A stretch of DNA of 64,000 bases from the NCBI RefSeq assembly GCF_006345805.1, contig NC_043009.1:63302001-63366000 (forward strand), written 5' to 3'. Position 1 is the stretch's first letter. The number at the start of each line of letters is the position of its first letter. This DNA is from Octopus sinensis. Lineage: Eukaryota. Shown here piece after piece: positions 1-13,704 of the stretch. The notes under the pieces were generated by a model, which saw only the letters and a program-made list of their open reading frames with translations, was not told the origin of the DNA and made no database searches. A program made the position numbers and the translations under genes.

Positions 1-32
1 CATTTGCTTGTATCAGGGAAGCTGGTTTTATT

Positions 33-72
33 GTGCGAGGATATATAGGCATGAATGTGTATATAGGTATGA

Positions 73-131
<59 letters not shown>

Positions 132-259
132 GGCATAAGTGTGTGTCTATATAGATTATGTGTGTATGTGTGTATAGTGAATATGTTGATAGATAACCGA
201 ACAGTGAAGCAACGTGAATATATGGAGACAGACATGCAAACACGCACGCACACAGACAG

Positions 260-313
<54 letters not shown>

Positions 314-441
314 AGAGTGCTGTGAAGAAACGGCGTTCAACTCAGATCGGAATTTAATTACAATATTATCGCTGACATTATTTATTGATACACACATATA
401 CACACATACACACATATGTATGTGTATATGTATATACATAT

Positions 442-490
<49 letters not shown>

Positions 491-581
491 TATATATAAT
501 ATATATATATATATGTATATATATATATGTATATATATATATGTATATATATATATGTGTGTGTGTATGTATATATATATA

Positions 582-636
<55 letters not shown>

Positions 637-830
637 GTATATATATATATACACACACACACATATGCATTTATGCATTTATATATGTCTGTGTGTTATT
701 GTGGTTATTATGTTTGTGTGTATACGTTTATGTATGCATGTATATATGTGTGTGTGTGTGTGTGTATGTGCATGCTTGTGTATATTTTTGCATGCATGTC
801 TATACGTTCCAGTGTGTGTATACACTTTGT
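33..830. repeat. Compound (TA)n/(CA)n/(TG)n microsatellite field
   Basis: Visible dinucleotide runs; the overlapping ORFs are YI/HT/CV repeats. Confidence 0.95.
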
Positions 831-959
831 ACTTATGCTTACATTTTAAACCAAAGGAACTTCTTTCGCCTTTCTACTTCACTGTACAATTACCTAAGGA
901 AACAACGAAGCTACATTCCTGTTGACGTCTCCTTATCAGACCATCATTCCAGGAATACC

Positions 960-1990
960 ACAAGAGCTTTATGCCAAATTTCTCCTCCAGACGTTTTCAT
1001 CATTTTAATCAATCGTCTTTCATCCTGGTTTATCTAGTTTTCGGGTCATGTCTCAGGGCATTAATCAGAATCGCTCATGGGCCACCTTTCATAGCCCACC
1101 CCATGATCACATACTTTTCGACCCCCACCCTTTACAGCTCCTTTACAGGGGATCGAAACCGACAGCGCTTAGCACAACCACCAGGTACCGATGATAGAAC
1201 ACTATTGAATACTTTAAACCGAGTTAAAATTAACCAAAGATCCAGATCCAGATCTACGATGTATTGCACTCTACGATGTATTGCATAAGATGGAATGGGC
1301 TATGAATGGATCTACCTGGAATAGCACGCCTGGAACAGCACGTGGTTACGCGGCTTTCTTTGAGAGCACCTTGGCCAAAATCATTAACGCAGTGTTTGAC
1401 AAAGATTTAAAGCTGAAGTTATTGACTACGTCCCACTTGTCCATGCGCCTTCTCCGCAACCCAATAACCCTCGCTCGCTCAACCGAGGATATTCCTAGTC
1501 TGTGTTGGCAGCTGTGTTAGACTTCAACCAGGAGGTGCAATGGCCCAGTGGTTAGGGCAGCGGACTCGCGGTCATAGGATCGCGGTTTCGATTCCCAGAC
1601 CGGGCGTTGTGAGTGTTTATTGAGCGAAAACACCTAAAAGCTCCACGAGGCTCCGGCAGGGGATGGTGGTGATCCCTGCTGTACTCTTTCACCACAACTT
1701 TCTCTCACTCTTACTTCCTGTTTCTGTTGTACCTGTATTTCAAGGATCCGGCCTTGTCACTCTGCTGTGTCTCGCTGAATATCCCCGAGAACTACGTTAA
1801 GGGTGCACGTGTCTGTGGAGTGCTCAGCCACTTACACGTTAATTTCACGAGCAAGCTGTTCCGTTGATTCGGATCAACCGGAACCCTCATCGTCGTAACC
1901 GACGGAGTGCTTCCATCCAGACTTCAACCAAGTGAGGAGCGCACTCATCAAAGATCTGTGATGCTGCAGCAGAATCACCCCTGTTCTCTG
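960..1990 (-). mobile_element. Degenerate L1/Tx1-clade LINE reverse-transcriptase remnant, interrupted by a SINE
   Basis: Minus-strand frames give APHLVEV*HSCQHRLGIS..RARVIGLRRRRMDKWDVVNNFSFKSLSNTALMILAKVLSKK, then AIPGRSIHSPFHLMQYIVE and YHRYLVVVLSAVGFDP. These resemble the L1/Tx1 RT motifs RPITLLNxDxKILAKVLAxRL, QTCAIPGRSIHDNLHL and DHRYL. Stops and frameshifts are present. Confidence 0.7.
1531..1918 (+). mobile_element. Full-length tRNA-derived SINE (family A, OR-like) with 12-bp TSD
   Basis: A-box TGGCCCAGTGG and B-box-like GGTTTCGATTCC; direct repeat AGACTTCAACCA at 1519-1530 and 1919-1930; homologous copies elsewhere in the window. Confidence 0.9.
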
Positions 1991-2399
1991 TTCCTGTACA
2001 TTTTTCACATCAGGAACTCGCTGCTGTTCCCACTGCGCTGTTTACAACTTTCTTTTTCCTTTTCCCTTTTTCTTTTACTATATCTTTTTCTGAACACAAA
2101 CCATGAGTGTTTTTTTTTGTTTTATTTTAATTTTATTTTATTTGTTGTATTTTTTGCTCCCACACGTATAGCGATCGGATTTTCTGCAACACATCGCCAG
2201 CCGTAGCGGTTTTAGAACAAAACCCACGAGAAGATATACTCCGGGGTTTGCCCTGTAATTCCCGACACTCATTAGGATGAAAGGAAGCATTTCCATTCCC
2301 AACCAATGCTTTTCGAAGTCCATTCTATTAACCTGTAACAGCTGCTCGGGCGAGGACAGTCTCTTCACTTTCAGCAAGGCTTATGGTTCCAAACACTTG

Positions 2400-2915
2400 G
2401 CCTCGACGAATCGACCCTAGCACTTCTCTTTCAAACCTGGTATTTATTCTATCGTTCTCTTTTGTCGAACAGCCAAGTTACAGAGACGTAGAAACATCAA
2501 CACCGATTGTCAAGCAGTGGTGGGGGACAACCACAGATATGAATACACACATACACACATACATATCCATCCATCCATCCATCCATACATACATACATAC
2601 ATACATACATACATACATACATACATACATACATACATACATACATACGTACGTACGTACATACATACATACATAGAACCTAGAAACATACATACATACA
2701 TAGAAACATACATACGTACTACATACATACATACATACATACATACATACATACGTACATACATACATACATTCATACATACATACATACACACATACAC
2801 ACATACATACATACATACGCACACACATACATACATACATACATAGAAACATACATACATACATACGTACATACATACATACATACATACATACATACAT
2901 ACATACATACATACA

Positions 2916-2947
<32 letters not shown>

Positions 2948-3147
2948 GTCAAATCAAATAAATCAACTATACATACATACATATATATATATATACGAGG
3001 GCTTCTTTCAGTTTCCGTCTACCTCATCCACTGACAAGGCTTTGGTGGGCCTGAGGCTATAGTAGAAGACGCTTGCTCAAGATGCCATGCAGTGGGACTG
3101 AACTCGGAACCATGTGGTTGGGAAGGAAACTTCTTACCACACATCTA
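2400..3147 (-). mobile_element. Family C tRNA-SINE copy whose internal microsatellite has expanded to about 450 bp of (ATAC)n
   Basis: 3' part (2400-2535) and 5' part (2995-3147) match the two halves of the intact copy at 60690-61100. Confidence 0.75.
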
Positions 3148-3820
<673 letters not shown>

Positions 3821-4379
3821 TAAAGGTCCCTAGTGGACAGTCAAACGATCAGAAGTATGTAGACACGACAGAAGGTCCCTTCAGGACCAGATAAGAAAGG
3901 GAAAAAAGTTAATATACCCCTCAATTGACAAATATACGAATGCTCATTTTTTCTGACATATGGAGTCTTAAACAACTGTGTGTGTCTTTGTGTATATATA
4001 TACATTTGCATGTATATGCATATATGCATGTAGATATATGTGTATGTGTGCGTGCATGTATTACATAAACTAGGAAAATATATGGATGCCGTTATGCATT
4101 CCTTGGATATAAGATAAGTGAAAATCCAAATATTTGTTTTAATGTTTCGACTTTAGATATACGGTGGAACTTCATATAGTGAAATCTATATATTTTGATA
4201 GTTACAGTAATACGTGAGTATTTGCGTGTATGCATGCATATGCGTGTGATCACACACACACACTCACACACATACACGTATATATTCTTACCCGCATGTA
4301 TAAGACGGCAGTACCAATGTGTAATTTCTTAACTCTTAAAAGCAAAAAGAAAAAGATCGAAGCTAATAAATTTATAAAA

Positions 4380-4735
4380 ATAATGAAAGGAAATAATATA
4401 ACAAAATAATTTTAAAATATTTAATAACCTTTAAAAAACACACCGAAACCGTTAGATTTACTGCAATATTTAAATATAATTTGTCCCAATATTTTCGTCG
4501 CTTTCAGACCGCGACCTGTTCACTGACAAAATCCCGTGCTTGCAGTGAACAGATCGCGATCTCAAAGCGACGAAAATATTTTGACAAATTAAATTTAAAT
4601 GTTGAAGTGAATCTAACGGTTTTTGTGTGTTTTTAAATGGCTTATAAACTCCTTCAACCCTGCAATTGTTTTTGGTTCAGCACAGGATCTCAGATCAGGT
4701 CACTTGCTATGCAAGTACATTTCCGTAATAACCTT
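4380..4735. mobile_element. Foldback (MITE-like) element with about 100-bp inverted arms
   Basis: Arms 4425-4525 and 4543-4644 are near reverse complements; a second partial copy lies at 31532-31720. Confidence 0.75.
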
Positions 4736-5232
4736 TAAATATTCTTTAAAAAAATCCGAAAAGTACTTTGTCTCAGGGGCGATTTTCTCCTAATTTATGA
4801 TATATATTCATTATTTCAACCTTTTCTCCCTTATGTCCTTTTCCGTCTGAAGACAGAAAGATGTGATTTCAGGGAAATACCTTTCTATTGGAAGCACAAG
4901 GCCTAAAATTTGGGGGAAAGGAATAATTCGATTATCTCGACCCCAGTGCGTAACTGGTACTTATTTAATCGACCCCGAAAGGATGAATGGCAAAGGCGAC
5001 GGGCGAAAAACCACTAAGCATTTCGTCAAGCGTGCTAATGATTCTGCCAGTTCGCTGCCTTAATTTCAGGGAAATACCGCTGCTGTTTCTTGCTAGCCGA
5101 GAAGCCGCACAAAGATCTTACCGAAGAGAAACGCTATTCAGCATTAATTGTTATGAGTCAGCTTAGTGAGTGGCGGATGTAATGATACACCTCCGTAGCG
5201 GTTTTCATATGCACTATTGTTTTGAAGCAGAG

Positions 5233-5468
5233 CCCTGCTGTACTCTTTCACCACAACTTCCTCTCGCCCTTTCTTCCTGTTTCTCTTGTACCTGTATTTC
5301 AAAGGGCCAGCCTTGTCACACACTGTGTCACGCTGAATCTCCCCGAGAAATACGTTAAGGGGTACACGTGTCTGTGGAGTGCTCAGCCACTTGCACGTTA
5401 ATTTCACGAGCAGGCTGTTCCGTTGATCGAATCAACTGGAACCCTCGTCGTCGTAACCGACGGAGTGC
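5233..5468 (+). mobile_element. 5'-truncated family A SINE
   Basis: Matches 1675-1910. Confidence 0.85.
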
Positions 5469-5628
5469 CACGACCACAACTCAGTAATAGATGGAAAGGT
5501 AACTACAAATGCAAACGAAATATATTTATTTCCATTAAATGTAAAATAAATGCATTCAGATACAAAAAAAAAAAGAAGTAGTATTACCAAAACTTGGAAT
5601 TTAATCAGTTAGTCTTTAAAATAACGTT

Positions 5629-5722
5629 CTGGACCTTTGACATTTAGAATATGCAAACAGAAAAATCAATTAGAAAAAAAATTGATTTTTATATTTGCAT
5701 ATTCAAAATGTCAAATGTCCAG
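5629..5722. repeat. Imperfect palindrome, about 43-bp arms
   Basis: CTGGACCTTTGACATTTAGAATATGCAAA...TTTGCATATTCAAAATGTCAAATGTCCAG; the left arm recurs at about 6903-6950. Confidence 0.7.
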
Positions 5723-5879
5723 GACCTTAAAATCTAAGAACTATTTCTTAAAACGAATAACGGCTTTATAAAATAGTTTTAAGTGGCCAAAACCACACTG
5801 AAAGAATTACCAACGTTATTTTTTTTTCTGTAGTTTCAGCTCAGAGCTGCGGCCATGCTGATGCACCGCCGTTATTATG

Positions 5880-6890
5880 GCCCAAGTATAATTTTATATT
5901 GATTTCAAATTTTGGCCCAGGGTCAGAAATTTTGGGGAGGATTGTAAGTCGATTACATCAACCCCCAGTACACAACTGGTACTTGTTTTATGGAAGCCAA
6001 AATGATGAAAGGTAAAGTCGAATTTGAGCTCAGAACACGAAGATCGACGAAATGCCGCTAAGCGTTTTGCTCCGTGTGCTAACAGTTCTGCCAGCTCACC
6101 GCCTTAAGTATTATTAAGTTACTTTAAAGGCGGCGAGCTGGCAGAATCGTTAGCACGCCGGGCGAAATGCGTAGCCGTATTTCGTCTGCAGTTACGTTCT
6201 GAGTTCAAATTCCGCCGAGGTCGACTTTGCCTTTCATCCTTTTGGGGTCGATAAATTAAGTACCAGTTACGCACTGGGGTCAATGTAATCGACTTAATGC
6301 GTTTGTCTGTCCTTGTTTGTCCTCTCTGTATTTAGCCCCTTGTGGGTAGTAAAGAAATGAGGTATTTCGTCTGTCTTTACATTCTGGGTTCAAATTCCGC
6401 CGAGGTTGAATTTGCCTTTCATCCTTTCTGGATCGATAAATTAAGCACCAGTTGCGTACTGGGGGTCGATCTAATCGACTGACCCCTCCTGAAAAACTTA
6501 GGGTCTTCTGCCCTGAGTGGAAAAGAATATTAAGTTAATTTAGATGGCGAGCTGGCAGAATCGTTAGCATGCTGTGCGAAATGCTTAGCAGCATTTCGTC
6601 CGTTTTTATGTTCTGTTCAAATGCTTGTGGGGTCGATAAGGTAAGTACCAGTTGAGCACTGGGGCAATGTAATCCCCACTCCCAAACTTACTGGCTTTGT
6701 GACAGAATTTGAAACCAATATTATGATCATTCAGGCGTCGAGTTGGCAAAATCGTTAGCGCACTTACGTCTTTATGTTCTGAATTTAAATTTCGTCAAAG
6801 TAGACTTTGCCTTTCATCCTTTCAGGGCCAACAAAATAAATACCAGTTATGTACTGGGGTCGATGTAATCGACTTATCCCCTCCTCCGTA
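5880..6890. mobile_element. Cluster of family B (OK-like) tRNA-SINEs, one minus and three plus, including a dimer at about 6128-6530
   Basis: Recurrent GGCGGCGAGCTGGCAGAATCGTTAGC head, GAGTTCAAATTCC B-box and GTCGACTTTGCCTTTCATCCTTTCGGGGTCGATAAA body. Confidence 0.9.
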
Positions 6891-7165
6891 ATTTCTGTTT
6901 AAAATAACATTCTGGACATTTGACATTTAGATTATGCAAACAGAAAAATTGGTTATTTAGACCAATATCGTTCATTCGTTGAATCTTGTGTTTAAGTTTT
7001 AATTATGCTCTGATGGGGTCTGTATATACGCATCAAATTAATTCAAATTTCAAAATTATTTACCTTCAGTAACCATATATTTTCTTCTTTTAAACTCGTG
7101 AGCTGCATTCGTGTGTTTGACATTTTAAAGTGAAATATGAATACGGATGTGATATTTTATTATCG

Positions 7166-7214
7166 ACCGGAAGTAACAAATAAATGAATAGGTTTAGTCG
7201 AAGGTAAAATGGCG
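7166..7214 (+). promoter_or_regulatory. ETS (ACCGGAAGT) plus YY1-like (AAAATGGCG) motif pair
   Basis: Exact motif matches at 7166-7174 and 7206-7214 in non-repetitive sequence; function unproven. Confidence 0.25.
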
Positions 7215-7727
7215 ACAGCAATTAGAGGAAACAGTGAATGAATATGAGTTGTTGGGTTTTATATATATATATATATATATATTAGAGAGAGAGGGGGAGA
7301 GAAATAGACAGACACACACACAAACAGATACACACACATACACTAGCTGAGTATCTCGTCGTTGCCGAATGATTTTCACAATACAAATACCTTGGAGAAC
7401 TTTCGGAATAAGCACACAATAGTAAAATATTAAAAAAAATTTTCATTTACCCTGCACATCCACAAATCGTTAGATTTGGGGGTTTCTTCGAAATTCTATT
7501 TTAATCATAGTTTTAAACTACAGATAGTTCGAATCTGTTTCTGTTTATACTTTCAAAATAACTCTCAGGCAAAAAGGATCGTGTTTTAAGGGATATTTTG
7601 TTGTTTCTAGCACATCCCACGACCACGAGGTACCTTCCTCGTTTCTTTGCCAGTCTGACATGTATTGATGTTTTGCAATATTTTTCTCACCATATTTATA
7701 ACACCCGCTCCGCTTCAAGAGAGTCGA

Positions 7728-7759
<32 letters not shown>

Positions 7760-7763
7760 TGTG

Positions 7764-7801
<38 letters not shown>

Positions 7802-7950
7802 TGTGTGTGTGTGTGGTGTGGTGGAGGTGGTGGGGTGAGTGTTATAAAATACATATTTACTAATAGAATGCTAGTAAAAAGTTCTTGAATTTAGACATGT
7901 AGCCGATGTGCTCGGTAGTGAAGTGAAAGAACGATATAAAAATTAAACTG

Positions 7951-8017
<67 letters not shown>

Positions 8018-8148
8018 GAATGCACCATAAAATATGATAGTACTTATAAATTTTGCTGTGGAGGCTTCTTTGACTGTTAAGGAGGTCGGCACAGTGAAAA
8101 GTATTATCTTTTATGGCGAGACATTCATGTATATATGTATATATATAT

Positions 8149-8180
<32 letters not shown>

Positions 8181-8235
8181 CCTATATATGTATAGTACAT
8201 GTATATATATATTTACTTATACACACGCACACATA

Positions 8236-8321
<86 letters not shown>

Positions 8322-8621
8322 CATACACATACACACATATATACACTCAGACTCATTCACACTCGTTTTCATGTATAACTATGTGTCTGTATTTACAAGT
8401 TCACATACGAATACACACATGCATCGCCATACACAATCAGATACGCGCGCACCTACACACACACACTCACACACACACACACTCACACACACCTGAATTA
8501 CACACAAGCCTTATAAGCGTTTTATAAACACTTGATGCTAATCAAAATGACACAATAGTGTCGAGAGTAGGTTATTTACTTTTAAGGGTTCATTCCGTGT
8601 TAAAATTATTGTAGAGGTCAT

Positions 8622-8853
8622 TCCACTGTCACCACCACCACTACCACCACCACCACTACGATCACCTTTACCACAACCAGCCTCATCACCACCACCATCA
8701 CCACCACCACCACCACCACCATCACCTTTACCACCACCAGCCTCATCACCACCACCATCACCACCACCACCACCACCACCATCACCACCACCACCACCAC
8801 CACCATCACCTTTACCACCACCAGCGTCATCACCATCAACACCATCAACACCT
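8622..8853. repeat. (CAC)n microsatellite with a higher-order unit
   Basis: ATCACCTTTACCACMACCAGCSTCATCACC recurs three times inside (CAC)n. Confidence 0.9.
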
Positions 8854-8989
8854 TACTCTGTGTAGTCGTTCAGCACTGTTTTTCACTCTTCTTTTTTTTT
8901 TAATCCATCTTTCTACCGACGTTCCTGTCGTGACCTTCCTGTCTATTTGCCTCGGCATACTGAATTTTCTGCTGGATTTTTCGTGTATT

Positions 8990-9465
8990 TTTTATTCTTT
9001 TATTTGTTTCAGTCATTTGGCTGCAGCCATACTGGAGCACCGCCTTTAGTCGAACAAATCGACCTCAATACTTATTCTTTGTAAGCCAAGTACATATTCT
9101 ATTGATTGTGGCCATGCTGGAGCACCACCGTATGGACTCCAGGACTTATTCTTTATAAGTCTAATATTTATTCTATCGGATGAAAGGCAAAGTCGACCTC
9201 AGCAGAATTTGAACTCACAACGTAGCGGCAGAAATACCTATTTCTTTACTACCCACAAGGGGCTAAACATAGATAGGACAAATAAGGACAGACAGACAGA
9301 TTAAGTCGATTATATTGACTCCAGTGCGTTACTGGTACATAATTTATCGACCCCGAAAGGATGAAAGGCAAAGCCGACCTCGGCGGAATTTGAACTCAGA
9401 ACGTAACGACAGACGAAATACCGCTAAGCATTTTGCCCGGCGTGCTAACGTTTCTGCCAGCTTAG
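8990..9465 (-). mobile_element. Two family C SINE tails followed by a family B SINE
   Basis: GGCCATGCTGGAGCACC tail occurs twice; family B body at 9177-9460. Confidence 0.8.
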
Positions 9466-9789
9466 AGTTCAGGTATATTGCTATAATTAAGTGTGGTTTA
9501 ATTGATATTTAATGTAAATTTAAGCCCTGGTTTAAGGGCGATTTAACTGCTATGGCATAAAAGGCTTGTCTACGTGGGGGATCATCTCTGTGTGTTCATT
9601 AATATTTCGGAAAATGTATACATGTGTGTGTGTTTATACGAGTGTGTGTGTGTGTGTGTGTGTACCTCGTTTATGTAGCTATGTGTATGTATGTCCCCAT
9701 TCTATCTGTGCGCGCGTGTGTGTGTGTGTGCGTGTGTGTGGACGCGTGTATGTATGTGTGTGTACCTCATCTATCTAGCTGTGTTCTAT

Positions 9790-9823
<34 letters not shown>

Positions 9824-9991
9824 TTCTCGTTGTGTGTGTTCCTATTCTGTCTATCTGTACGTGTGTTAAATTAATTCTCACTTGAATACGTACAGACACA
9901 AATATACAGACACATACCTAGTTAAACACACTTACAGAATAAAGACATACACTTTACACGTAGATATATAAAGACATATATTTCACATGTA

Positions 9992-10041
<50 letters not shown>

Positions 10042-11479
10042 TACAAACACCTGCTAATCGTTAGAAATAAATTCCCTTCTCAAATCAAACTGCTGACTCG
10101 AAATAATTCCATCCTCAACAAAGAAAGTGAGGAAAGGGTAGAGAGAGGGAAAGGCAAAGATAGACAGAGAGAGAGAGAGAGAGAACTTGTTGCTATGAAA
10201 CCGTTGATTATATTGGATAAACACGTGTAATCAATGATTTTGATATTGTGTCTGTTGGTTGCATTTTGAGTGAAATAAATGTTTCATGTGTTGGGTCTGG
10301 CACGAAAACGATGTTATTGTTAGGTCTCGCGTGCATCGACATTATTTCCGCCACGAGCGAAGTTCTATTTAACAGCTCCGAGTGTGTTTATACTGTTGGA
10401 GAAAATATTATGACTGTTGTTACTGTTGTTATGATTGTCTCAAATAAAGTAGGAGATAAGGTAACAAATGAGCTGGCCCTTTTTTCCAGTTGACCTACGC
10501 TAACGGAGTTTAACAAGCTTGAAATTCTATAACTCACACTCTGGTTGTTAAAGAAAAAAAAATTCCTCGACGTTTGTGAGAAGATAGAAACCGCATTTGT
10601 TGGTTTTGAAATAGTTTGGTAGAATTCATTGCAATGTGATTCCATTAATTCGGTTGGAAGTGTCGCTACTTTTCCTCGCTTAATTTGTTAACTTTTCCCA
10701 ATAAACAAGACTCTAAAGAATTTGGTATTTTCAGAGACAGGTTCTACGATTTATAAAGATGAAGGGGTATAAAGTTCGTGTTTACTAAACAAACAGAATT
10801 CAAAGTTGCGATTAAAAAGAATGAAGTTTCACTTTAATTTCTCGTATAAACATTCATTTTATTTCTTATATCAACTTCTTTGTTTAGCTTTCAGTCAAGT
10901 ATTAAACACGAACGTACCCCTACTTAACCCCACATTCATGTCAGTTGCTGCTGTTGTTGCTGTTGTTGTTGTTGTTGTTATTTATGACCACTACTCAATA
11001 AACATAATACATTCTTTGTACCTGTGTGTATTTGCGGGTGGTAAATATAAATCTAGCTGAGTGAGGTCCCGAATCGAGATTTTGACCTTTAATTAAAAAA
11101 AGGTACAAATGCTTCGGTGTCAGACACTTTCTCACAAGTGTAGAAATCCAAATATTTCAAATATTTACACCAGACAACAAGTAGCTTCTGTTTACCAATG
11201 TCTGACTGACATAATCCTAGATAGATTAATTTATCTATTATTAACTTTTTAAATGCCCAGATCTGATCATTCGACAGGCGATTGCTGAAAAATTGTAAAT
11301 ACCGCAATTATTGAAAAAAAATAAGACATATTTTGTTTGTTATTGATTTCTTCTTGAAAGTGGAATTTATGGGGGAAAACTCATTCAAATTGGAAAAAAG
11401 AAGCCAGGTGGTATACTCACTTTTCTTGGTGTTGAACCCTCGATAGAAATATATAGTCGTATTAGCCATATGTGTTTAA

Positions 11480-11833
11480 TATTTGTTTCAAATTGTGGCA
11501 CAATGACAACAATTTCCGGGAAGGGGATAAGTCGATTACAGCGATCCCGGTGTTTAACTGGTACTTATTTTATCGACCCCGAAAGGATAAAAGGCAATGT
11601 CGACCTCACTGGAATTTGAACTCAGAACGTAAAGATGGACGAAATACCTCTAAGCATTTCGTCCAACGTGCAAACAATTCTGACTGCTCGCTGCTTTATA
11701 TGTATTTAATATTATTGTGTTGTAGGGCGGCGAGCTAACAGAACTACTTGCCTCGGGTCGACAAAGAGCCTTGTGCGTGGATCTAGTAGACGGAAACCTA
11801 AAGAAACCCGTCGTATATAAATGTATATATATA

Positions 11834-11871
<38 letters not shown>

Positions 11872-12100
11872 CGTGTGCGGAAGTTTTTGTATCTGTGTTT
11901 GTCTCCCACCAGCGTTCGACAACCGGTGTTGGTGTATATACATCCCCGTGACTTACCGATTCGGCAGACAGACCAACAGAATAAATACCAGTCTTCATAT
12001 AAAAAATAAGTCCTGGGGTAGATTCATTCGACAAAAAATTCTTTTTGGCGCTGCCCCAACATGGCCGCAATCTAATGACTGAAAAAAGTAAAAGTTAAAA
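11480..12100. mobile_element. Family B SINE (-) followed by 5'-truncated family C SINE (+)
   Basis: Homology to other copies in the window. Confidence 0.8.
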
Positions 12101-12785
12101 CGTAGTTTGACTTTTGTGAATAAAATTCGTTCACCTCGCTCAAATTTTACAGAAATAATCCAACTGCGTTTATAGACGCAAAATATTTTGTTTCTGAGGA
12201 GCTATGAGTTAGCGAAAGCAGAATTTCTTTGCTAAAATATTAGACTTATAAAATAAAGCCATAGTCATTTGCTCTACAGTTGTTTCGAAATAAGATAAGA
12301 TTAAATAACGATAAAAAATTAGGAGAAAATAAATATGAATATAGAATTACATTCACATTTTTAGATAAGAGACTGTTGATGACACCATAGAAATAATTGC
12401 GTGGGAATACAGATTAAAACTTGCAGGACAATGCAACTGATAAACAAAAATAAGAATTTTTCTTTATAAACATGGAATGTCTGAGCGATGTTTGAATAAT
12501 AACAATCATGCAACTTTATAAATGTTATGGAAATTATTTCAATGAAATGTATTTTTAGAATATTGTTATTGCATATCAACAACAAGGGATGAGGATGGTG
12601 TTGAAGGTTATCAGAAAATCTTTACTCAACAAAAATTCTTTACGACAGTAACACTGTGGGTATGTGCAGAAACGAAAGAAACCCAGACGATATGGAAGCC
12701 AGCAACCGTCAAAGTATCAACGTTTCAAAGGCGAGGAATGATGTGGTACATACACGCATTGATGTGTGTGTGTGTGTGTGTGTGT

Positions 12786-13108
12786 GAAGGCGCGTGGCTT
12801 AGTGGTTAGGGGCATTCGGCTCATTATCGTAAGGTCGTGAGTTCAATTCCCGACGGCGCGTTGTGTCCTTGAGCAAGACACTTTATTTTACGTTGCTCCA
12901 GTCCACTCAGCTGGCAAAAATGAGTAGTACCTGTATTTCAAAGGGTCAGCCTTGTCACACTCTGTGTTACGCTGAATCTCCCCGAGAACTACGTCAAGGG
13001 TACACGTGTTTGTGGAGTGCTCAGCCACTTACACGTTAATTTCACGAGCAGGCTGTTCCGTTGATCGTATCAGCTGGGACCCTCGTCGTCACAACCGACG
13101 GAGTGCTC
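12786..13108 (+). mobile_element. tRNA-SINE with a distinct head and core but the family A 3' half (OR-like sister family)
   Basis: A-box TGGCTTAGTGG, B-box GAGTTCAATTCC and TTGTGTCCTTGAGCAAGACACTT core; from TACCTGTATTTCAA onward it matches 1730-1910. Confidence 0.85.
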
Positions 13109-13179
13109 CCCTATGTGTGTGTGTGAGTGTATAAATGTATTTATGCATATATTAACATACATGTACTCATATATATATA

Positions 13180-13412
13180 ATTATTTCTTTATTGCCCACA
13201 AGAGCTTAAACATAGAGGGGACAAACAAGGACAGACAAAGGGATTAAGTCGATTACATCGACCCAGTGCATAACTGGTACTTAATTTATCGACCCCGGAA
13301 GGATGAAAGGCAAAGTCGACCTCAGCGGAATTTGAACTCAGAACGTAAAGACAGATGAAATACCACAAAGCATTTCACCCGGCGCGCTAACGTTTCTGCC
13401 AACTCGCCGCCT
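13180..13412 (-). mobile_element. Family B SINE
   Basis: Homology to other copies. Confidence 0.85.
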
Positions 13413-13441
13413 CAATGAAACAGTCTATTGTTACTCTCTCT

Positions 13442-13704
13442 CAGTGGTTCTCAACCATTTTTGGCCTACGGACCCCTTTGATTGCTTTTATACTCGTATG
13501 GACCCTCATAGTCATTCGATGTTTAAAACAAAATATATTATATCTTTATAATTAAATATTATCCGGAATTGTATAAAAAGTATTACTAAAATATCCTGTG
13601 TATTGTAGAAGTATAACCTATTTATTGCACACAAACCTTAACAGCGAAATTTTAAAGGACCCCTCCCCACAACCCAAAAGGGTCGACCCGGTTGAGAACT
13701 ACTG
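13442..13704 (+). mobile_element. hAT-type MITE
   Basis: TIRs CAGTGGTTCTCAACC / GGTTGAGAACTACTG; 8-bp flanks CTCTCTCT and CTCTGCCT (6/8 identical). Confidence 0.75.

Noticed and set aside
2138-2377. 79-aa minus-strand ORF near the L1/Tx1 remnant
   Set aside because: No recognisable motif; may be decayed transposon sequence.
6128-6530. Regularly recurring 30-40 bp motifs that could suggest a CRISPR array
   Set aside because: These are SINE bodies; there are no unique spacers, no cas genes, and the context is eukaryotic.
10248-10645. Overlapping ORFs on both strands in unique sequence
   Set aside because: No motif recognised, and stops interrupt the extended frames.
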